A DNA stretch of 63,649 nucleotides, the filler included, from Sphacelaria rigidula (taxonomy: Eukaryota), in NCBI GenBank assembly GCA_964200075.2. It is 8 parts of 8 records of this genome, joined end to end, with 100 filler letters (N's around TTAATTAATTAA, not from the genome) between each part and the next. Parts side by side here need not be neighbours in the genome. Positions count along the whole stretch, not along the records: positions 31,879 to 39,746 come from CAXNAA020013163.1; positions 39,847 to 47,714 come from CAXNAA020013164.1; positions 47,815 to 55,682 come from CAXNAA020013165.1; 5 more parts are not named here. One strand, given 5' to 3'. This document shows, in pieces, positions 37,228 to 49,300 of the stretch (position 1 is the stretch's first letter; each line of letters begins with the position of its first letter). The notes below the pieces were generated by a model. The model made no database searches. It was not told the DNA's origin and saw only the letters and a program-made list of their open reading frames with translations. The position numbers and the translations under genes are program-made.

Positions 37228-39397
37228 GGTGTTACGTCTGTATCTGTCGGGGACTATGAACAATTCTTTAATGCGGTCGTCCTGGGTTATGGACATGTGC
37301 AGGGGTGTTGGGTGTCTGGCTGGGATAGCTGCGTAGGGCACGCGAGGGCACAGCACATTCAACGCGGAGGCGTGGCGCTCGCCAAATGGTCTCCATATTG
37401 CAGCATGCCATGCTACTTTCGGCTCGTGTGACGCCGGTTATACCGTGACGTAAATTTGTGTTAAGTGTGCGCATGTGTACACATTTTGTTTACATGTATC
37501 ACGCTTACGGTATATGTTATGGGACCTGTTGTTGTCCATGGCCGCGAGGGTGCCCCTTGAGTTCAGCCTCGATGCACGCATCGCCGCGTTCATGTCGCCG
37601 TCCCCTCCTGAATTCTCCGTGTCCATGGCGGCTGTTCCTCCCGTACGTTGTCCGCGCCCATTCGGTGCTATCACGTGCAGGTTATGCCGCGTGATAGGTC
37701 ATTTGCAATTATCAGCCGCCCGCTCACTTCCTTTACCGTGAGGCTGGGGGTGGATAGATCATTCGATCACGTTTTTTTCTTTTTTTGTGTTCATTTGATG
37801 CCGATTCTGGAGTTGACCTACCGTCGTGATCGAGAGTTCAGCACAGTGTTGTGTCCGGTTTCCAGTTTTGCCGTGTCTTCTTCGTGTCAGCTGGACCCTC
37901 ATGCTTGTATAAGGAGGGTGTTTGATTACTTGGTGAACCGGCACCCATCTTATCTTGACAAAAAAAAGTATACACGATCGACGTGGATGACCCTCTTCGC
38001 GGTGTATGGGTCTACAGATTTTTTTGGATATTCGGGGGGTGAGAGATTGCCTCCGCCTTGCTTGACCCTTAGACCGCGAGGTTAGTCTTCTGTTGAATCG
38101 GCATCAATTTTAAGTGAAAAAGAGTATGCATGATCCAGAAAGGTCAATCTCGCGGTCTAAGGGTTAAGACGCCATGCGCTACCACTGTCTGGTTGAAACT
38201 TTCGCTGTGTTGTAGGCTTCAGAGTTCGCGTTACCGCTTACGTGGCGAGGGTAGGTCACCTGCTGAACCCGCATCAGTATTCTCGAGTACCTGCATTCGA
38301 TATCTGGTTGGGATGAACTACTGGCACCTATGGGTGAACATCTGGTGACCGTTGTCACCATCACTCATGCACTGGTAATGATACCGATTCACAGCAATGC
38401 CACCGTTTGCTGGCTGGTGGAGGCCTGCCTCTTATTGCAGCTTTATCGGGCTGAAAGATATTGGGTGATGTCCTTTGCATCGAATCTTCCCGTGGATTCA
38501 TGTCTCGATGAACAGGGCAGTCTAGTTTGACTTGGGTCGTCTCCTTCGAATAGGACACTGCTAGCGTACGCGCTTGTGCGATATGGATGAAACGGGTATC
38601 AAGGGAGGGAAGGTCGTAAATGTACCTCCCGAGATGATGTGTTGGTTCGTTAATAATTAGCCCATGAACGGCCCATTTCACACGAAGGGGGACAACTACG
38701 GGAAAAACGACAACAATATCTCTCCCGTTACCTTGCGGGCAGCAGCTGAGGCGTTTAGGGGTGGTTTTGATCCTGGAATCTCAACTTCGATGATACTGTG
38801 TCCAGCTCGTGAAAGCACCGGCGATCCCCGGGCTTTTCTAGAAGCGTACAGGAAGGCGACACCGCTTGCCCAGGGAGATAAGCAGGTGGGTGAACATGTG
38901 AACTGAGTTGTGTATTGTTTCTCAGTATTTATATGTCCGGTGCTTAATGGTATAATTGCACGCACGTTCTCAGCGCTGGACGTCGTTCGCCTTCCTTCCT
39001 GTCGATGGTGACATGTTCAAACCGAGTTGTTTCGTCTTAGCACCCATACATGAGGATAATCTTGTAGTAAATGAAACTATTTGCGCCAAGCACGACCACG
39101 TCCGAGCTTTCAGGATCGGCACCCTGCAACTACTGAGGGCCCGTTTGAAATCAGCCGAAGAATGGGACATGTCCGGTTTCACTGTACTGCAGCATAAACA
39201 CACTCACGTCCGTTGTTATGTGCTGTAACTATCACTGTTCTGTGGTGTGTTTAGACCTTGCAAAGATGGTTTGGTCTTGCGCTGAGATTGATTGATGTGC
39301 TGTATTGTTGTGTTCGTCTGTTCGTCATCTATAGCTGTATCACTCGGGACGCAGTGCTGTCTACACACTTGACTGTCTATTGAAACGTTCATGTTAC

Positions 39398-39683
39398 CCG
39401 GACCCATCACCCGCGCGATACCGAACATGGCCGGGTAAAGGCACACAACCAGCAGCAGTATACACCACTCGAGCGGCTGGACCAGACCCCATGCTCCAGT
39501 GAAAGGAGCAACGCACAGTACAGTGCCGATATACTGCACCGCCAGGGCACTGCTTGCACCCGTCAGCATGGCGGCTTCTGTCATTCGGATCGGCGCCAGC
39601 ACTCGCGGCCATGAAAAGACATAACGAGCCATACGAGTACTAAGGTGGGGATATACTGATACACGAGCGTCGCAATGACCCAC
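39398..39683 (-). CDS. Possible exon of a membrane protein (weakly like P-type ATPase C-terminal helices); 5' boundary uncertain
   Basis: Hydrophobic ALAVQYIGTVLCVAPF...LEWCILLLVVCLY; donor CCGG|gtaac. Candidate downstream exons (39181-, 38903-38732, ~38545-38361) do not join without a stop or frameshift. Confidence 0.35.
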
Positions 39684-39903
39684 TGCGGCGGCAATGTACC
39701 ACTCGCTGTCTGCTTGTCTCCTTGCAGCTCCGTTTCTCTGCTGCTGNNNNNNNNNNNNNNNNNNNNNNNNNNNNNNNNNNNNNNNNNNNNTTAATTAATT
39801 AANNNNNNNNNNNNNNNNNNNNNNNNNNNNNNNNNNNNNNNNNNNNCCCCCCCCCCCTAGCTACCACCCGAACAAAAACATACGAACGAATGAATACTAC
39901 CAG

Positions 39904-40049
39904 GCGACGACGCGGTGAAGGATGAGATGATGCGGCGAAGCTTGAGCCTCATACACGAAAGCGAGGCGGTGGCTATCACTTTCGATTCAAAGGCGACGAG
40001 GGATCAGCTCGGCGACTGGATAGACGACAAGTGGTCTGTCTCCAAGTAA
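39904..40049 (+). CDS. Possible exon of an unknown protein
   Basis: Acceptor cag|GC, then open reading DDAVKDEMMRRSLSLIHESEAVAITFDSKATRDQLGDWIDDKWSVSK, ending at AA|gtaag or TAA. Confidence 0.4.
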
Positions 40050-40306
40050 GGACTTCTTGAACAAAACGAAAATTCGCCAGGAAGTTCGTTTTTTTCATTT
40101 GTTTTTTTGGTGCGACAACAAGAAAAATAAACGAAGTGTGATATACCACCTCTGCGTTTTTTTCTTCTTCTTTCCCTCCTGCTTCTCTTGATGAGGAAAT
40201 ATCTTCGCTTTGGACTCGATTTTCACCACCATTTCGAAAAAGAAACCATCGTGCATGCTTTCATTGTAGTAAGGGTGTGTAAAATATCTCTGTACCCCCC
40301 CCCCCC

Positions 40307-40587
40307 TGGTCCGGCGAAAACCCGGCGTGCTCCGTCCCGGCTTTGTAGGGATGCGAGGTCAATGGTCTTATGACTATGGCATGCATGATCATGAGTACAC
40401 CCCCTCCCCGGCGAAACAGGACGGGGATAAGATATGTAAACGGTTTTTGTGTAATGTACGGAAGAAACGGAATGAGCGCCGGAATGTTGGAGGCGTCTGT
40501 CTCTATTAGGAGTAGGAACGGTGCTCCGTCTCGAAGGGGATGCGTGGTCAATGGTCAAACGACTAAGGCAAGCAACAAATGAGTACG
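40307..40587 (+). mobile_element. Head-to-tail family B 3' fragment (40307-40399) and family A 3' fragment (40410-40587), separated and flanked by C-runs
   Basis: (C)13 - B end atgagtaca - C-run - A end aaatgagtacg - C-run. Confidence 0.85.
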
Positions 40588-41424
40588 CCCCCCCCCTTCC
40601 CCTGGCTACCACCAACAGCCGATCGAGTAGAACGAACACATACACGTTGACATACACAAAACACAATAAGTAGCACGCATGGGATGGCAGTGGTGAGCAT
40701 ATCCTCCCCGCAAAGCCCAGCTTGCATCCGCGGCTGGTTGCTGCTGAGCCTGATGCAGACACGGCCTACAAAAACCCCGACCCGCCCTCTCAACCAAGTC
40801 ATCCTGCTGCGATGCCATTGGTCGGAAAATGAGGTACACGAAATCTGCTTTATTAGGCCTCGTCTTCGGGAGTGTCTCAGCAGATTAGTTTTCGATCGAA
40901 ATTGTGCGGCGGAAAAAAAAATCCCGATCTGATGGATAGTAATTTTAACCCCTGTCGTTACTTTCGAAGACGGTTGAAACGACGACTTATCAGATCGGGA
41001 CTTTTGCTTCCCACCGCACTTTTTCGATCGCCGAATGATGTGCTAAGGCACGGCCTTGTCGAGACAGGAAAAAATGAAAACACGGTGTGCTATTGATAAT
41101 TTTTCCGGTGGTTGATATTTTTTTCTTCTTTTTGTCCTTCTGATAGGTTGGGGGCTGATGCTCTATTCTCATCGCTCCCCAAATGTTTTTCACTAAATCA
41201 ACTCAAAAATGACTAATTTTGAGAAACGTGAAAGAGAACATGAAATGGTTGCCACGCGTGGGCTGTTCGGCTGATCATGGGCTGCACAGATGGCTTTCCC
41301 ATCAGCAGTTGCCACACGTGAACCACGCACCCTTCGTTTACTGCTCCCAAAGAGGGATGCGCACAGCTATACCTTCCAGCACTTCGCGAATGAGCAAGCA
41401 TGGACCCATCGGCGGTTAGTACGA

Positions 41425-41512
41425 ACCAGCGATTCCCAGCGGGGCGGCAGTCACACGCAAGGTGCATCGGTATTGTCGCACGGTCGAAACGCGGACAGTC
41501 TTTCGCACGAGG

Positions 41513-41549
<37 letters not shown>

Positions 41550-41802
41550 TGGGCAAGGTTGATTCAGCTCCACCCCCAACCGTGCTCCGTCTCGAAAGGG
41601 ATGCGTGGCCAATGGCAAAACGATTAAGACAAGCATCAAATGAGTACGCTCAACCGTATGCAACTAACTGGTGGCGGTAAAGCTGCTGCCGCTGCTGCCG
41701 CTGCTGCTTCTCCTCCCCGTGCGAAATACGGTCCGCGTTTCGACCTTGGGACAATGCCGATGCAACTTACGCGTGACTGCCGCCCTGCTGGGAATTCCTG
41801 GT
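41425..41802. mobile_element. Foldback element with ~120-bp arms ending in (CAG)n/(CTG)n, with a family A 3' tip (41581-41648) in the loop
   Basis: 41425-41547 is the reverse complement of 41682-41802; for example attcccagcggggcggcagtcac pairs with gtgactgccgccctgctgggaat. Confidence 0.75.
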
Positions 41803-43174
41803 CTGTTCGCGTTTCGTCGCCGTCATCACATTCTCCACACCATTTCCTTGCCGTCGATAGGAGAGGCGGGCGATTTCTCGTGACCATCATTTTCATAGTT
41901 TCATCCGCATTTTTTTGTTTCGACAAGACGGAGCCTTAGCGCCCGGACGTCCTAAAAGGTCATTCTCGTCTGCAATATCGTCATCCTCCACGGTACTTCA
42001 CTATCAGATCTCATTGTAGGCCGTGAGTGGTATACGGTTAGCCCGGGGAAAAGTTCGGGTGCAGGCAAGACTATCCGTGTACTGAAATTGTGGATACCCA
42101 GGCACCCCCCGCCCCCCGCCCCCCGAAGCGGAAATGTCAATCATGGGGCACTCAGGCCCTGTCTCATCAAGACAAGAAAAGAAAGCGAGAAGCGAAACAG
42201 GTGTCCAAAAGCAGCACGTTGATTGGTCGCCGGGTGGATCTATGGTTGTGGCGACTAATCAAAATGCTGTTTTTTTTACGCTTGTTTCGATTTACGCTTC
42301 TCGTTTTTGACTTGGAAAAACAGGGCATCAAGAGTTGAAACAAGCAGAATTGTACCAGGTGGCACCAAGAGTGATGTACGTCCCTCTTGTATATTTTCCT
42401 CTGTGCTACCGCGTGCCCTCTGTTTCTTTCGCGTGACACCAGCTAACTTGAGCCGATGGTGCCTGCGGATTGCACTTTCGGTACCACCCCCTGAGGGACA
42501 ATTTCAGTATTTGGACAAGGACAAGCAGGTTGCGGAGAAACTACACGTGGAGGACCGAGCGTAGTGCGATGTGCGGTTTTCAGGTCGGGAATGAAGCTTA
42601 CAGTACGAGTATCCATCGTCAAAATAGTGAGGTGTTTTACACCTGCGCGGAAATCGTCCCCACGCGCACAGATCGACCGGCCGCTAAGCTGCCTTGCCAG
42701 ACGTGCGACAAGTAGTCGTTCTTCTGTTGCTGCCGGCGAGACCCCTTGATGAGCCGCCCCGTGGTGCAGCTTCTGACGATGAACCATCACGCTCGGGCAC
42801 CTCCATACCCATGAGTCATGACCTTCGGGGCAAGGGTAGGGGGTGGTATCCCGCTACCTTCTGGATGATACCTGAGAGGAGTACGACATTCGCGGGATAC
42901 CACGCCCCCCACGATTTTCCACTCGAGGGGCCTTAGTGTGGTGAAAAATGCACGGTTTCCCTTGGTGGAGGTGCCTCTTTTTTCGTCGGCGAAACCAGCC
43001 TGCACACTAGCAAACTGCATTCTATAAATATATATGTATATATGTTTGTGTGACAAAACAGGCGCAAATATGTCTGGGGTGGGTAGATAGGGTGGATCTG
43101 TGCCCTCCGATTTAATCATACTGCTTCTGCAAGGTTGAGTTGGGTTGGGTTGAGTTGAATAGAGTGTACATGAA

Positions 43175-43745
43175 GAAAATGAGGTTGAATATTATATTGA
43201 GATTCAAGTCCAAAACAATGTTGTCCCTGACCTAAATCATAACAGATGATTTTCATATAAACGACCTCATGTCCCCCGACCTCCCTGATACTGTGTTTTC
43301 GGGGTTTCCCGTCTTCCATTCTCCCAAAAGGTATGTGCGAAAGCTATGTGCGAAAGCACCATTTTTTTAGCTAAAAAGCGTGCTTTTTTTCGCCGCGAAA
43401 TAGAGGGTCCCCAAAGTTTGGGTAGACTGAGTACGACCTCAAATACTCTACCCAATATCGGGTAAGTACTCTCAGTAATACTTGAGTATAGAGTATCATT
43501 TGGGTATGACCTCGACACTCTACCCAAAACTTGGGTAGATGGTATATGCCCTCAAATACTCTACCCAAAGAAAGCGTGTCGAACATATCTCATGGGGGCA
43601 CGGAAGACGGGAAACCCCTAAAAATAGTTTCAGGAAGGTCGGGGGGCATGAGGTCGTCCATTTAAAAGACATGTGCCATGACTTCAGGTCAGGAAAAGCA
43701 CTGCTTTGTGGTTGAACCTCATTGCAACGTTCAACCTCATTTTCG
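43175..43745. mobile_element. MITE with ~150-bp imperfect TIRs; a solo arm homologue lies at ~50157-50300
   Basis: gaaaatgaggttgaa...acgacctcatgtcccccgacct...gggtttcccgtcttcc versus ggaagacgggaaaccc...ggtcggggggcatgaggtcgt...ttcaacctcattttc. Internal tactctacccaa repeats. Confidence 0.7.
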
Positions 43746-44109
43746 AGGAGACTCTCTCGACGGTTTGTTGAGTGGATTGGTTGGGTTGGTTGGTTATTTG
43801 GTTTGTGCGGTGGGTGGATCTGTGCCCTCCGATTTGAGCATCTCGCTTCCGTGAGGTTGGCTGGGTCGGTGGATTTGTGCCCTCCGATATGAGCATACTG
43901 CTTTATTAGTGTTGGGTTGGCTGGGCTGGTTAGTTGGGTTGGTGGGTCGGTTGTTTAGGTGACGGTTTCGTGGGGCTTGTTGATGTCTGTGCCCTCCGAT
44001 TCGAGCATGCTGTGAACCAGTGGGCGGATTTCGGTACGGATCAGGCGCGCGAATACGGAAAAAACCAACGCAATCGGCAACTAACTGTGTAAATCTGCAA
44101 GGTTGTGTT

Positions 44110-44470
44110 CTGTAGGGTACGGTTTTCTCCATACCCGGGATATTTTGCCGGGTATTTACCGTATCCGACAATTCTGTGACTTATGTAAGACTTTCATACC
44201 AATAACCGACAGTTCTATAGTATCTGTAAGACTTTCATACCCTTACCCGATAGTTCTGTAATCTCTGTAAGACTCCCGTGCCGTTACCGGGGGGCACGGC
44301 TACGCTCTTGATAAGATACCTGATTGCGGGTACGGTTTTCTGTGCAACCTCCATACCCTACCCGGCAGTTTCTGTGAGTTCTGTAAGCCCCTCATACCCT
44401 TACCCGACAGGTCTGTGAGTTCCGAGAATGTTCACCTGTACCCCGAGCGCGGGTATGCTCTTGAAAAAAT
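44110..44470 (+). repeat. Dispersed repeat built of ~40-bp cataccc.tacccgacagttctgt subunits; also ~46320-46475 and ~47180-47700
   Basis: 44110-44420 and 47180-47490 are collinear direct copies. Looks like DNA-transposon subterminal repeats. Confidence 0.75.
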
Positions 44471-45058
44471 ACACACTTTGGACAATGGACACGATAGTAA
44501 ACACCATATTCGTGAGATTCAGAGCGTAATATCGAATTCAGAGTGGATGCTCTAGCGTTCCTTATGGGCAACTTTGTTTTTTGCTTGAGCACATGTCCTG
44601 TGCATGCAGCTACCGTACAGTACCCCATTCGAGGAATTCGGCGGTCTGGTTGGTGAGATACCGCACAAAACATTTTACGCCTGGGGGGAGGGCATTTCGG
44701 AACTGAAACTGTTTCAGGCACTTAAGTCTTATCGGTTTTTCCTGAAAGAGGGGATATTTTGTTGCAATGGACTGACTACGTCGTTGCGATCAAGTGATGT
44801 GTCAAATTGATCGTGTAGGTGACAGCTTTCATTGAAGCCACCGCTTTGCCAGCTGGGNNNNNNNNNNTGTGGCGATGTCAAAATCGACGGGAAAGTCAAT
44901 TGTTTCGGGGCTCACTCTGAATCCGACGTTACACTCTGAATCTCACGAATATAGTGTTAATAGGCCATTGCTTCAGCAGTAGACACGGGGGAAAACCTAT
45001 CGACATATATCGCCGAACGCATTAGATGGTCAAACACATCCATTGATATGTATTGCAT

Positions 45059-46312
45059 GGGACAATAGATGTTGCAATAGTCGATCGACGGCCTATGGCA
45101 ATTACAATAGATGAAGATCATTCGCCCTCGACGGACATCGTGTACCGCAATAATAGGTTATGTGATGTATACATCGATAGCCATTGCCATAACCAATAGG
45201 TTTGATGAGCCATCCATCGGTAGTCATTGCCGTTATCAATTGGTTTGGTGAGCCATCCATCGATAGTCACTACCGTCATCAATAGATTTGGTGAGCCATC
45301 TATCAATACCTATTACTACCATCAATGGATTGGTGAGCCGTCTATCGGTAGCCTCTGCCGCCAACAATGCATTTTTTGGTATCTATCAATATGAAAATTA
45401 TCGTCAACAATCACTTGTTCTTGGGAGCGCCTATGGATAGCCAGTGAGGCCAACGATAGGTTTTGAAAAATAGGTCGCTCACTGCAGTGGTCTTATGACA
45501 TCAACGGCAATACCCCTTACACATGAACACGCAACGACCTGAGGCAATAGCTGGCCATTACATAGTCTATTGTCCGGGGTATAAGCACATCTCACCCACA
45601 CACAAAAGTACTGTAAGCGCTCATGTCCATCAGAGGGACAACCATAAGTACCAACACTCTATACCAACAACAAAAGTTCTAAACTTTTGTTCACACATAC
45701 TGCGGATTCCTACAAAATTCGAGCGCTCCGAAAGTGTAGAAACGTGATGCCATATATTCACAAGTAGTAGCATTATATACCCACTGCATGTCCACCTGCG
45801 GGTTCTCTACCGTATCTTCACGGAGTGTAATATGCTCTATACGTAATATGTTGCGATGTAGGTGTGGCAATAGACGACAGAGAATATCTATCGGTAGGCA
45901 TTGTATACCATGGTAGATTCGGGTATGTGTCCATTGATATCCATTGCCGCCATGCATAAATTTATGCGCAATCTATCAATAGCTGTTAACGTCATCAATA
46001 GATTTGGTATACAATCTGTCGATAGCGATCGTCGTCATCAGTAGATTTGGCACGCGGTCTATCGACAGCCATTGCCGTCATCAACAGATTGTAAAGCTAT
46101 CGATCGATGCATTTGGCCGGCCGCAATAGATTTCGGTGTGGGGTCACAACAGACTGCTGCCTGGACAAAAGTTTGGGACCCTAGCCTATCGATGGACATT
46201 GCCAACGACAATAGAAAGAGAAAATTGCCGATCGATGGTCACTACGGACGGTAATATTGGCATCTACCGTGGCAGATTCTATTGCTATTGCAATAGATGC
46301 CATCTATTGTCC
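45059..46312. mobile_element. Probable non-autonomous DNA element with ~42-bp subterminal tandem repeats
   Basis: Inverted ends ggacaatagatg / catctattgtcc. Units atcgatagccattgccgtcatcaatagatttggtgagccatc occur at 45170-45370 and 45970-46090. Confidence 0.5.
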
Positions 46313-49300
46313 AGGGTGTGAAAAATACCTGATTGCCGGTACCGGTTTTCTGTACGCCTCCCATACCGTACCCGACAAGTTCTGTAATTCATGTAAGACT
46401 TTCATCCAGTAGCGGTACCCGACAGTTCTGTGAGCTCTGTAAGCCTTCCACACCTCTACCCGGGATTAGGGTATACCGTTATAAATAAAGCCGATTGCAG
46501 GAATGAGCACAGGTATTTACCTTGGGGAGGTACGGATATAGGTTCAATCCAAACACAACCTCATGAGTTGAACATGTACCTCCCATCGATCAACCCGCAC
46601 CCGACTTCTTCATTCAGAGCTGCACAGCAACAATGATTCAATTTTGAAAAGTCTTTTACTTTGGAAACTGACGGGATACAAGGTATCGCTGAGTGCAAAC
46701 ACGAAGCATGAGCAGCACTGCAGACGGCCAGGATGGATCACCCCCAGACTCGAGTGGTGGCTCGAGCGGGGGCGGTTCATCTACGCCACCAGAGGATCAA
46801 GTAGCAAGACGCACGTCATCGACGTTGACGGTGGTTGTGTCGTGGTCATCGAACCACAGGCCGTTATCGACATGTACAGCACGGAGTATGAGCTGTCACC
46901 GAAGGTCGTCAAGGCCGTCGGCGATTTTGTCGCGTGCCGAAGGGCTTCCAGGGAACGGGTAGCCGTGAATGCTCCTTCATGTACTCTCTGGAAGTGAACG
47001 TGAAGCCGACAGATGTTGACGATCCCGTGCGCATGCATGTACTACCACGATTGTTCGTGTAGTCTTTCTCTATCAACCCCGTGAAACCGTTCAGAGTTTT
47101 CGTGAATTGCCATCTGTATTTCGCCACTGTAGTAGTGACGTAGGTCCCACCACAGGGGTGATGATAATACCAAGGTCGTGTTTTGTAGGTTACGGATTTC
47201 TCTATACCCGGGGTATTTTGCCGGGTGTTTACCGTACCCGACAGTTCTGTGAACTCTGTACGATTTGCATACCAGCACCCGACAGTTCTGTAATTTCTGT
47301 AAGACCTTCATACCCGTACCCGATAGTTCTGTGAGTTCTATTAGCCTCCCGTACCGTTACCGGGGGGCTAGGTATGCCCTTGATAAGATACCTGGTTGCG
47401 GATACGGTTTTCTGTGCAACCTCCATACCCTACCCGACAGATTATGTGAGTTCTGTAAGCCTCCCATACCCTTACCCGACAGTTCTGTGTGTTCTGTACG
47501 AAACATTTACCCTAACCTGAGGAGCGAGTATACCCTAGAAGAGTTATGCGATTGCCGGTACCGGTTTTCTGTAAGCCGCCCGTGCCGTACCCGACAAGTT
47601 CTTTAATTTCTGTAGGAGCTTCATACCGATACCCGACAGTTCTGTGAGTTCTATAAGGAATCTCATACCCTACAGAACGTACCCGTTCCTTACAGAACAT
47701 AACCTTGCAAATCTNNNNNNNNNNNNNNNNNNNNNNNNNNNNNNNNNNNNNNNNNNNNTTAATTAATTAANNNNNNNNNNNNNNNNNNNNNNNNNNNNNN
47801 NNNNNNNNNNNNNNGCCGATGCGCCCACATATCCCGAAAGGGGTAGACTGGCGCCCAGAATAAATGGGACGACAACACACACAGAGAGATCCGTGGGAAT
47901 TCTATTGTGATCTTACAGATATGTTGAAACTGTCCCGTAGACCGACGGTCATTTTCTACAGGAGTATGGTATCGCTTACTACGGAAGCCGAAGAGCAGGC
48001 AGGCAGTGAATCATCCTTCGCGTACATTTTTGTACCGTGGTACCCTAGCGTGATACAGTGCAATACTCTCCATCATCGCAGTACATGGTATTGCCGTGTG
48101 GTAAATACATAATGGTACAGTCATTATTGCGAGAACAGAGAACAGTGTGCGAGCAGAGTTTAGTACGAGTCCAGTGCCGCATGCCATCATGCGAAAAGTA
48201 GGATAGTACGGTATCCTTCGTTACGGTGATACATGCAGCAGTGCAGTGCAGTATATTTCCATCGCTGGTACGGCGTCAATACTTCTTATCCGATTGTCAA
48301 ACCCCGTGCGCGCTGCCTGTGCTACGAAGCTGCTGCCATAGCTGGCGCGGGCAGGCACGGCTTGTGCTGTCACGAGACTATCTGCTGCTGCGGTTTCAAA
48401 ATGATCGAACGCTTATTGCTCTATCAGTGTATTCGTACGTCACTGTAAGTACGTCACCTTCCTACAGATTGAGGGGATCTCAACTTTCCCCCGATCTGTG
48501 GCGCAGATGGGGAAAAATCGTGCGAAAATCGAGAAACCCCGGCTTGAGCTTCCACGACCTGGGCCACATTGGGGTTCGTAAAAGGCGAATCCCGAATCTG
48601 ACCGCCCCCGATTTGCGTACAGGTAGAGATTTGTGTCGCCATAAAAGCTAGTCTAATAACGACAAAAATTGAGTGTCTTTTATCTTTCAGTATCGTTTGG
48701 TGACTGGGAAGCCTGTTGTCTATGTTCGATGGATAATTAACTCGTCCCCGACGAGGTAGCGTCATCATCAGTAAACAAATAGTTCTGCAAAAATATCGGC
48801 GGCTTTCGCCGCCACCTTCAATGGATCGATAGCCAAGATGCATGAGCACCGGTAGTGAATGGTTATGTGTTTTGCGTCATGATGGAGGTCATACTTTGAA
48901 GAAAACGTCGCAGCTGCTCACCAGCTGAGCACGTTGTGCGCGACCTCGCACGGATCTCTTCAGAAGTCATTGAGAAATGATCCGGCAAATGTTGCCGATT
49001 TAATTTTGGAATAGGGCCCACCCAAAAATTGAAACTTACAAACCGTTGAGTGGTTCTACGGGAGGGGTGCACATTTTTTTCTGAGGCTCTGCACTGTTGG
49101 AACCTCTCGTTGACAAACATCTGGGCTTCAGTGTGCAGCCGACATTTTCTACCATAGCCCCCCCTCCAAAAAAAGTGCCTGGTTCGAGGAGGAAAAATCT
49201 TCACGTAAATCGAAGTGGAAAAAGCCGAGCACAACGAGCAGCTGGGAGTTCCCACGGCTGGGTTGGTTCTCGTCAATGTCGCCCATATGAGGCGCTTCAT

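Noticed and set aside
38361-39181. Three further exons of the minus-strand membrane protein
   Set aside because: Plausible splice sites, but an in-frame TGA at 38972-38970 precedes the donor, so no consistent model is possible without a frameshift.
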